Origin: an uncultured Enterobacterales bacterium
GTDB taxonomy: Bacteria > Myxococcota_A > UBA796 > JAFGLY01
DNA: 64,000 nt
Assembly (NCBI GenBank): GCA_964481655.1
Contig: CAYZVO010000004.1
Location: 1,702-65,701, forward strand
Direction: 5' to 3'
Positions 56,935 to 64,000 of the stretch are shown here, piece by piece. Both the position numbers and the translations under genes were made by a program. Each line of letters starts with the position of its first letter. Positions within the stretch are counted from its first letter, which is position 1. The notes beneath the pieces are model-generated. The model had not been told where the DNA came from, searched no databases, and saw only the letters and a program-made list of their open reading frames with translations.

Positions 56935-58425
56935 ATGTCCCTCATGGAGAAGATCCGAGGCGGAACCGAAAGCGGGGCCATGCGGCTGGTGCTGGGCATC
57001 ATCGTGGTGGTCTTCGTGTTCTGGGGCATCGGTACCGGCGGCATGAACACCTCGCAGGTGGTGGCCACCGTCGATGGCAAGCGCATCACGGACACCAAGT
57101 ACCACCAGGCCATGAAGCGCAACCCGCGGGCCCACGACAACTCCCTCACCGAAGAGCAGAATCGGCAGCTGGCGCGGGACGTGGTCCGGCAGCTGATCAC
57201 CCAGGAGGTCCTCCTCCAGGAAGCAGACCGGCTGGGCATCGAGATCTCGGGCGAGGAAGTCGCGCGCACCATCCTGGGCATCGACGCCTTCTCCGACGAA
57301 GACGGCGAGTACTCCCAGGAGCTCTACACCCGGCACCTCAAGCGCTACGGCACCACCCAGGCCCAGTTCGAGGTGGACATCCGCAACGAGCTGATCCTCT
57401 CCCGCCTGCGCGACGTCGCCATGCAGGCGACCACCGTGGACGAAGACGAGATCCGCGAGAGCTGGTTCGCCGAGATGACCTCCTTCGAGCTCGATCTGGT
57501 CGCGGTCCGCGCCCTGTCGTTCTACGACGACGTGGAGCCGGGCGAGGCCGAGATCGAGACCTTCATCGCCGAGAACCGCCCCGAGATCCGCTCCTGGTAC
57601 GACGAGCACTTCGAGTCGCGCTTCCACAAGCCCACCCGGGCCAAGGTCCGCATGATCCTGCTGCAGGCGGGCGAGGGCGAGGACGACGATACCCTGCTCA
57701 GCGAGCGCATGACCGCCATCCGCGCCGAGCTCGACGCTGGCGGCGACTTCGCCATGCTGGCCAAGAAGTACAGCGAGGACCTCAGCGCCGAGAACGGCGG
57801 CCTGCTGGGCGAGGTCCGCTACGACCAGCTGGACTCCAGCCTCGGCAACGCCATCTTCGGCGGCCCCGACACCCCCAACACCGACATCGGCCTGCGCCTC
57901 CCCGCCCGCACCTCCCGCGGCCTGCACCTGCTGAACGTGGAAGAGATCCTCCCCGAGGAGACCACCGAAGAGCAGGACGCCCGCGCCGAGATCGCCGTGG
58001 TGCTCATGAAGGAGCGCCAGGCCCCGACCCTGGCCGAGGCCTACGCCGCCAAGCTGCACGCCGCCTGGAACGAGGCCGGCGTGGCTCCGATGGAGCTGCT
58101 GGCCGAGCAGGGCATGCGGGTCGAGCCTGCTGGGCCCATCACCCTGGCCAACCCCAGCCTGTCCCAGTTCGGCACCATCGACGAGCTGCGCGAAGCCCTC
58201 GAGACGGCCCAGGCCGGCGAGCTGCTGCCCGCCGTCATCGACGTGCCCGGCGCCTGGCTGGTGGCCGAAGTCGCCACCCGCAACGAGCCGGACGCCGCGC
58301 GCCTCGAGACCGAGCTCCCCAGCCTCGCCCCCCAGATCGAGGCCATGCGCCGCATGGAGTTCCTCAACAGCTGGGTCGAGGACCTGGTCGCCCAGGCCAA
58401 GGTCAAGGAGTACCACAGCTTCTAG
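56935..58425 (+). CDS. ppiD: PpiD-like periplasmic chaperone/peptidyl-prolyl isomerase (SurA_N + parvulin-like)
   Basis: AGGAG RBS. N-terminal TM helix LVLGIIVVVFVFWGI. VATVDGKRITDTKY. Parvulin-like FAMLAKKYSEDLSAENGGLLGEV. Confidence 0.7.
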   Translation: MSLMEKIRGGTESGAMRLVLGIIVVVFVFWGIGTGGMNTSQVVATVDGKRITDTKYHQAMKRNPRAHDNSLTEEQNRQLARDVVRQLITQEVLLQEADRLGIEISGEEVARTILGIDAFSDEDGEYSQELYTRHLKRYGTTQAQFEVDIRNELILSRLRDVAMQATTVDEDEIRESWFAEMTSFELDLVAVRALSFYDDVEPGEAEIETFIAENRPEIRSWYDEHFESRFHKPTRAKVRMILLQAGEGEDDDTLLSERMTAIRAELDAGGDFAMLAKKYSEDLSAENGGLLGEVRYDQLDSSLGNAIFGGPDTPNTDIGLRLPARTSRGLHLLNVEEILPEETTEEQDARAEIAVVLMKERQAPTLAEAYAAKLHAAWNEAGVAPMELLAEQGMRVEPAGPITLANPSLSQFGTIDELREALETAQAGELLPAVIDVPGAWLVAEVATRNEPDAARLETELPSLAPQIEAMRRMEFLNSWVEDLVAQAKVKEYHSF

Positions 58426-58872
58426 CGCGGACGTCGCCTGGAACGAGGGGCCCTGCGGGGCCCCTTCGTCGCTTCAGGTGCCCCCGAAGCACCCGCCGCG
58501 CCGCGGTACGACCGACGCCCGAGAGCCCGTCTCCCGGGGGAAAAAAAATGTGTCGGAAAAAACGTTGACAAGTCAAGGCTTTACCGTGAATCCACCTTTA
58601 TAGTTGCTTCCAAGACCTTGAAATTGTCCGCGTATTTGGTGAGACTCCTACCCGAATGGTGCTGCGGACCCGCGCCGTGGCCCGACCCTCTCCACCCGGA
58701 GGTTGGACAGACTGGACTGGCTGCCGTTCCTGAGCCGCCGTTCCCGCCCCTTTGCTGGCGTTCTCGCTCGTTCCTCGCCTGGCTTGGGTGAAGCCATCCC
58801 GAGGATTGCCGCCGCTGTCACCCCCAGTCCTTCTGTCCTTCCTCCGGCCCCTTCCCCCGCCCTCAGCGCTTC

Positions 58873-59988
58873 ATGGGTTCACCCGCCCTTCAGCTCCCGG
58901 ATCTGCGCCGTGGCCACCTGCCGGCCCGCCCCTCGGCCCCCGTGGGCGCGCGAACGCTGAAGCTGGCCCTGACGGTCGCCCACAAGTGCCTCGAGCCCCG
59001 CAGCCGGGAGCGCTTCGTCGAAGAGCCCGCGCCGCGGGCGGTGGAGCGCATCCCGTACCGCACCGAAGACGGCTGGCAGTGCTTCCTGTTCCGCTGCCCG
59101 CCCCCCCCGGGCGCCCCCGGTGAGCCGGTCATCCTGGCCCACGGGCTGGGGCTGAACCGGCTGAGCATGGACTACGCGCAGGAGGGCCTCATCGCCCTGC
59201 TGCACGCCTGGGGCTTCGACGTCTACCTGCTGGAGCACCGGGCCGACGCCTCGGCCTTCCCGCCCCGTCACCCCCGCAGCTTCGACGCCGACACCATCGC
59301 CGCCCAGGACGTGCCCGCCGCCATCCAGGCGGTGCTGGACCGCACCGGGCACCGCCAGGTGGGCTGGATCGGCCACGGCTTCGGCGGCCAGCTGCTCTAC
59401 ATCCACCTGGCCCAGGATCCCTACGCGCCGGTCTACGCCGCGGCCTGCCTGGGCTCGGCCGTGCGCTTCGCCCCCCCCGGCAGCACCGCCCGGGCCGCCG
59501 CACTGGTGGCCCGCCTGCTGCCCTCCCGCATCGGCCTGCCCGCGCGCCAGGTCATGCGCCTGCTGTCACCGAGCGCCAGTGTGAGCCGCTCCCTCGGCCA
59601 CCATGCGAGCCACGGCGCCATCGACGGCCCCGTGCTGCGGGGCGTGCTCAACCACGGCGTCGAGGACCTGCGGGGCGGGCTGGTGCGCCAGGTCTCCCGC
59701 TGGGTCTCCAGCGGCGTGCTCTGCGATCGCGACGACCGCATCGACTACCTCGAGGCCATCCGCGACCACGCCCTGCCCCTGCTGGTGGTCGCCTCCCCCG
59801 GCGACCGCGTCTGCGAGCCCGAGGCCGCCCTGAGGGTCCTGGACTACATGGGCGAGGGCAACAAGCGTTCCCTGGTCCTGGCGGAGCCCTGCGGCCACCT
59901 GGATCTGGTGCAGGGCAGGCTGGCAGAGACGGCGACAGGGCCCGCGGTGGCGTCGTGGCTGGATGCGCACCGCCGGAGGGCCTGGTAG
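58873..59988 (+). CDS. alpha/beta-hydrolase-fold protein with Gly in the nucleophile position
   Basis: VILAHGLGLNR. Nucleophile elbow reads WIGHGFGGQ (G-H-G-F-G instead of G-x-S-x-G). Start uncertain. Confidence 0.6.
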   Translation: MGSPALQLPDLRRGHLPARPSAPVGARTLKLALTVAHKCLEPRSRERFVEEPAPRAVERIPYRTEDGWQCFLFRCPPPPGAPGEPVILAHGLGLNRLSMDYAQEGLIALLHAWGFDVYLLEHRADASAFPPRHPRSFDADTIAAQDVPAAIQAVLDRTGHRQVGWIGHGFGGQLLYIHLAQDPYAPVYAAACLGSAVRFAPPGSTARAAALVARLLPSRIGLPARQVMRLLSPSASVSRSLGHHASHGAIDGPVLRGVLNHGVEDLRGGLVRQVSRWVSSGVLCDRDDRIDYLEAIRDHALPLLVVASPGDRVCEPEAALRVLDYMGEGNKRSLVLAEPCGHLDLVQGRLAETATGPAVASWLDAHRRRAW

Positions 59989-60211
59989 CGGGCTGAGGGG
60001 TCGTGGGTCGCAGGTCGTAGGTCGTAGGTCGTAGGTCGCCAGCCGTGGGAGGCGAGTCGCCAGTCGCGAGTCGATGAAGGTCCGAGGATGGTCGAAGGAC
60101 GATCTACGACCCACCTCCTACGAGTTCCTCCATCCTCCCACCTACATCCTCTGGCGATTCACCTCTCGCCTCCCACGACTCGCCTCCCACCTCCAACGTC
60201 CAACCTCCTAC
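59989..60211. repeat. family B heptad-periodic palindromic element (second full copy)
   Basis: CGTAGGT x3. GTGGGAGGCGAGTCG (60045-60059) pairs with CGACTCGCCTCCCAC (60176-60190). The centre CGAGTCGATGAAGGTCCGAGGATGGTCGA is shared with 30171-30369. It fills the gap between stops 59988 and 60212. Confidence 0.85.
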
Positions 60212-61462
60212 CTAGTACGGCAACCAGTCCTCGGGCATCCACGCCCGCCCCACGAACAGATAGCCGGGATCGATGGATGAGCTGCCCGACCCGAAGTACT
60301 CGCTGACATAGCCGAGGCCATCGGTGCTGCCCTGGCAGGACCAGTAGTAGATGCCGTCGATGTCGCCGTCGCCGTTGCGCTCCCAGTCGATGAAGACCAC
60401 CGAGTGGCCGCTGCCTGAGTTGCGCCAGAACTGCACGAAGTCGCCGGGCTGCACGTCCTCGAGGTCGGTGACCTCTTCGCCCAGGCCCCTCAGCTCCATG
60501 GCCTCCGACGCGCCCGCGCCCCACAAGTCGCGCACGTACCAGTCCGTGCGGAACTCGTAGAGCTCGTCCACGTCCATGTCGTTCAGGTACGCGTCCGATC
60601 CACCCAGGATGCGCTGGTAGGCGCGCATGTACAGCTCCCAGGTGATGCCGACGCAGTAGCAGGAGCGGGCGGCGTTGGCCTCGGCCACCAGGGTGTCCAG
60701 GTACCAGATGTCCTGGGTGGTGCCCGCGTAGCTGCCGTCCCAGGCGTAGTCGTGGGTGCCGTCGGTGGGGTAGGCCTCGAGCAGGTTCATGGTGGTGGTG
60801 TTGAAGTCCGAGTCCACCGGGTCGGTGCCCTCGAGGACCGTGATGGTCACATCGTCGGTGGCCACCAATTCGCCGCCGTCGTAGGCCCGGGCCTGGATGT
60901 CCCGCTCGTAGCCAGTGCCCTCGAACTCGTAGCGCAGCATCCCGCCGGGCTCGGTGGTGCCCAGCTCCCAGTCGTCGGCGTACAGGGCGATCTCGTCGAC
61001 GTCGCTCGAGCCGTCCACGACGAAGCGCACCGGGTTGTCCACCTCGGCGCCGTCGGCTGGGCTGACGATGGTGACCCAGGACGCATCCTCGCCCGCCACC
61101 CGCACCGTGAGCTCGTGCCGGGACAGCTCGCTGCTGTCGCTGTCGGCGCCCACCAGGGCCAGGCGATGCCGGCCCTCGTCCAGGGTGACCCGCATGCTGC
61201 CGTCCAGGCGACCCACCGGCTGGTCCTCGACCACGACGTCGCCGTTGGACTCGAGCCAGACCCGAGCCACATCGTCGCCAGCGGTGAAGGCCAGGTCGAA
61301 GGGGGAGCCGGTGGTCTCGCCGTTGCTGGGTGAGGTGACCCGCACGTCGGTGTCCCGCTGGAAGTCCTCTCCCGGAAGCTCCGTGCGAGCATCGCTGTCG
61401 TCACCACAGGCGGACGCCCCGAAGAGCAACGCGACGAGGATGAATGGGGAGCTGGCTCGCAT
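60212..61462 (-). CDS. lipoprotein with two Ig-like modules and a C-terminal papain-like (NlpC/P60- or CHAP-like) domain
   Basis: Start trimmed to MRASSPFILVALLFGASAC (lipobox). Repeated V(T/R)(I)VSPxxGxxxxxP modules. C-terminal SCYCVGITWELY and PGDFVQFWRNSGSGHSVVFI suggest a Cys/His pair. Confidence 0.6.
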   Translation of the reverse strand: MRASSPFILVALLFGASACGDDSDARTELPGEDFQRDTDVRVTSPSNGETTGSPFDLAFTAGDDVARVWLESNGDVVVEDQPVGRLDGSMRVTLDEGRHRLALVGADSDSSELSRHELTVRVAGEDASWVTIVSPADGAEVDNPVRFVVDGSSDVDEIALYADDWELGTTEPGGMLRYEFEGTGYERDIQARAYDGGELVATDDVTITVLEGTDPVDSDFNTTTMNLLEAYPTDGTHDYAWDGSYAGTTQDIWYLDTLVAEANAARSCYCVGITWELYMRAYQRILGGSDAYLNDMDVDELYEFRTDWYVRDLWGAGASEAMELRGLGEEVTDLEDVQPGDFVQFWRNSGSGHSVVFIDWERNGDGDIDGIYYWSCQGSTDGLGYVSEYFGSGSSSIDPGYLFVGRAWMPEDWLPY

Positions 61463-61590
61463 GGGGACCCTCCTGTCGAGCGGTCGGCGACGGACAGGGC
61501 AGGCTGACACGAACTGGACCCGGCGGCAAGCGGTGAATAGTTCCATGGGCACGACAAGTACGCGGCCCCCGGTGGTCGCCGGGAGCCTCC

Positions 61591-63324
61591 ATGGCCATGA
61601 AGAAGAGTACCCGCCTGCTGCTCTGGACCTCCATCCTGGGCTTCCTGCTGGCCATCGCCATGGCCATCGCCGTGCTCCTGATCGTCTCCTTCGAGGGCGG
61701 CCTGCCCACCTCCGGGCCGGCGACCCTGGTGCTCGAGCTCGAGGGCTCGCTGCCGGATGGCCCCGTCCAAGGAGCCTTCATCCTCGACGAGGCCGACTTC
61801 CCTCCCCTGCTCACCGAGCTCACCCAGGTCATCCGCACCGCGGCGGACGACGAAGACATCGACGGCCTCTACATCGAGCTGGCCCCCATCGGGCTGGGCC
61901 TGGCCGGGGTCCAGGAGCTGGCCGACGCCTTGCACGTCTTCCGGGAGTCCGGCAAGCCCTGCACGGTCCAGGCCGATCAGCTGGGCAACAAGGAGTTCCT
62001 GCTCGCGGCCGCCTGCGGCGAGATCCACATGGCCCCCGCCGGCCTGGTGCTGGTGAACGGCCTGGCCGTGGAGCACACCTACTACGCCGAGACCCTCGAG
62101 AAGATCGGGGTCAGCCCCAACTTCGAGCACGTGGGCGACTTCAAGACCGCGGTGGAGCCCTTCGAGCGCACCGGGCCGTCCGAGGCGGCCATGGAAGCCA
62201 CCGACGCCATGCTCGACAGCCTCTACGGGCAGTTCGTCACCCTGGCCGCCCGCGGCCGTGGGCTCGACGAGGACGCCATGCGCGCCATCGTGGACCAGCT
62301 CCCCATCACCCCCGAGGCCGCCCAGGAGGCGGGCCTGGTGGACGGCCTGGCCTACGCCGGTGAGCTGCGCCCGGACGACGACGCCAGCATCGACCTGGAT
62401 CGCTACCTCTCCCGGGTGCGCCGGGACAACCGCGCCGATCCCAAGGTCGCGGTGGTCCACGCCGAGGGCTCCATCGTCTCTGGCGACAGCGGCGCGGGCA
62501 TGTTCGGCGGCAGCTACGTCGGCGACGTGGACCTCATCGCCGATCTCGAGCAAGCCCGGGACGACGACGACGTGGTGGCCGTGGTGCTGCGCGTCAACTC
62601 CCCGGGCGGATCGGGCCTGGCCTCGGACAACATCTGGCACGCCATCCAGGCCGTCCGCGAGGTCAAGCCGGTGGTGGTCTCCATGGGCGACTACGCCGCC
62701 AGCGGCGGGTACTACATCGCCATGGGGAGCGACCGCATCGTGGCCCAGCCCGGCACCCTGACCGGCTCCATCGGTGTGTTCGGCGGCAAGATGAACGTGC
62801 GCGGCGTCTACGAGAAGCTCGGCTTCCACCTGCACGGCTACAAGCGCGGCGAGCTGGCCGACATCTTCTCCTCCACCTCGGACTTCTCCGAGGCGGGCCG
62901 GGCCCGCTTCTCGGACTACCTCGAGACCTTCTACCAGCTGTTCATCGGCCGGGCGGCCGAGGGCCGCAGCATGACCGTGGACCAGATGCACGCCGTGGCC
63001 CAGGGCCGGGTCTGGACCGGCGCCCAGGCCCTCGAGCGCGGCCTGGTGGACGACCTTGGCGGCATCGACGTGGCCATCTCCCACGCCCGCGACCTGGCCG
63101 GCGTCACCGAAGAGACCGGCATCCTGCGCCTGCCCGCCCAGCGCACCTTCGTGGACGAGCTGCTCGCCGACCTCGAGTCCGCCAGCATCCACCAGCCCGA
63201 GCGCGAGCTGCTGAGCCTGCTGGGCGCCGAGCGCCCGCTGCAGGTCCTCGAGACCACGGCCCGCGTGCTGGGTCCCCAGGGTGGCGTGGCGGCGATGCCG
63301 CCCTACCTGATCGAGGTGCGCTAG
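61591..63324 (+). CDS. sppA: signal peptide peptidase SppA (S49, two-domain 67K type)
   Basis: N-terminal TM helix. VLRVNSPGGSGLASD, MGDYAASGGYYIAMG (Ser nucleophile), GRVWTGAQALERGLVDDLG. Confidence 0.9.
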   Translation: MAMKKSTRLLLWTSILGFLLAIAMAIAVLLIVSFEGGLPTSGPATLVLELEGSLPDGPVQGAFILDEADFPPLLTELTQVIRTAADDEDIDGLYIELAPIGLGLAGVQELADALHVFRESGKPCTVQADQLGNKEFLLAAACGEIHMAPAGLVLVNGLAVEHTYYAETLEKIGVSPNFEHVGDFKTAVEPFERTGPSEAAMEATDAMLDSLYGQFVTLAARGRGLDEDAMRAIVDQLPITPEAAQEAGLVDGLAYAGELRPDDDASIDLDRYLSRVRRDNRADPKVAVVHAEGSIVSGDSGAGMFGGSYVGDVDLIADLEQARDDDDVVAVVLRVNSPGGSGLASDNIWHAIQAVREVKPVVVSMGDYAASGGYYIAMGSDRIVAQPGTLTGSIGVFGGKMNVRGVYEKLGFHLHGYKRGELADIFSSTSDFSEAGRARFSDYLETFYQLFIGRAAEGRSMTVDQMHAVAQGRVWTGAQALERGLVDDLGGIDVAISHARDLAGVTEETGILRLPAQRTFVDELLADLESASIHQPERELLSLLGAERPLQVLETTARVLGPQGGVAAMPPYLIEVR

Positions 63325-64000
63325 CTACATCGCCTGGACCGCGTAGAAGCGCATCTGGCCGACCATGTACGACGACAGGCCGGTGTTCAGATCGGTGTAG
63401 TCATCCACCGTGGCGTTGCGCATGCCGGCCACACCCACCGCGTAGACCGACTGGCTGGCGAAGGCCGAGCCGGGGATCTCGTGGCGCTTCACCTCGGCGC
63501 CGGTGTGGGTGAACTCGTACATCTCCTGGATGCCTTCCGGCTCGTTGGAGTAGGTGATCTCGCCCGACATCACGTCGAGCACCGCCACCAGCACGGCGTC
63601 GTAGTCGTACTCGGTCAGGTCGATGAGCAGCTTGTCGCCCGCGGCGTGCTGCTGGGGCACCTCGATGTCCACCGGCTGGGGCGCGACGACGCCCACCTTG
63701 TGCTCGCTGTCCACGTTGGTGACGTCGATGACGTACTCCTCGCCCGCCACGTACTCGAGGCCGTCGTCGCCGTTGGCCGTGTACAGGCCGCCGCCCTCGT
63801 CGACCAGCTCGAGGTTGCCCAGGGTCGGCGACTTCAGCTCCACGAACATGCCGTCCAGCGCGCCGGCCTCGAGGTCGTCGATGCTGGTCGCGTCGGCCAC
63901 GAACACCTTGATGGCGGTGCCGTCGGCGAAGTCGGTCTCCGACAGGTCGATCAGATCCGACTCCGGCTCCACGGCGCCGATGAGCACGGCCTCCACCACC
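63325..64000 (-). CDS. hypothetical protein, N-terminus probably beyond the right window edge
   Basis: High-GC3 open frame running to the window end. The stop codon directly abuts the sppA stop. No recognisable motif. Confidence 0.5.
   Translation of the reverse strand, partial: VVEAVLIGAVEPESDLIDLSETDFADGTAIKVFVADATSIDDLEAGALDGMFVELKSPTLGNLELVDEGGGLYTANGDDGLEYVAGEEYVIDVTNVDSEHKVGVVAPQPVDIEVPQQHAAGDKLLIDLTEYDYDAVLVAVLDVMSGEITYSNEPEGIQEMYEFTHTGAEVKRHEIPGSAFASQSVYAVGVAGMRNATVDDYTDLNTGLSSYMVGQMRFYAVQAM

Noticed and set aside
58426-58872. A search for tRNA, tmRNA, RNase P, SRP or 6S RNA signatures in the largest intergenic region and in all other gaps.
   Set aside because: None of the conserved blocks I know were seen (T-loop GTTCRANYC with matching stems, the RNase P GAGGAAAGTCC block, the SRP GGAA tetraloop helix, or a tmRNA tag ORF). 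No RNA gene is called.

Overview
This is a gene-dense chromosomal window of about 70% GC with roughly 55 CDS on both strands. Several features suggest a myxobacterium (Myxococcota), by inference only: a MYXO-CTERM-like sorting signal, lipoproteins with (Asp-Thr)n linkers, MopE-like Cys/Asp repeats, a sigma-54 enhancer-binding regulator, a eukaryote-like kinase fold and ECF sigma/anti-sigma pairs. Genes I recognise with confidence are pcm, polA, imuB-dnaE2, cysC, trxA, an mreB-like gene, sppA, an ivd-like acyl-CoA dehydrogenase, a Mla/Mce-type ABC transporter, HIT, Usp, phospholipase D and an NtrC-type regulator. I saw no rRNA, tRNA, CRISPR array, integrase or transposase. Because of the GC content, most long ORFs in the supplied track are antisense or out-of-frame shadows. 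I chose frames by protein motifs, G/C-rich third positions, RBS and ATGA/GTGA stop-start coupling. I trimmed many starts and added one edge-truncated CDS (1-1355) that the track lacks. The most unusual observations are these. (1) Two families of heptanucleotide-periodic palindromic elements occur at six loci, and at five of them they fill the gap between convergent stop codons. (2) A 1720-aa surface protein carries an internal MYXO-CTERM-like sorting signal followed by a second signal-peptide-like segment and an OmpA module. (3) An operon links an MBL hydrolase, an FMN reductase, a 604-aa GlpX-like protein and a tail-anchored pseudokinase. (4) A JAMM/JAB domain is fused to a DinG/XPD-type helicase. 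(5) imuB-dnaE2 lacks imuA and has a perfect GAAC-N4-GTTC palindrome abutting its start codon. (6) A sigma-54-type promoter lies upstream of two paralogous Cys-rich lipoproteins, with an SD/anti-SD arrangement between them. All functional calls rest on motif recognition by eye; no database search was possible.
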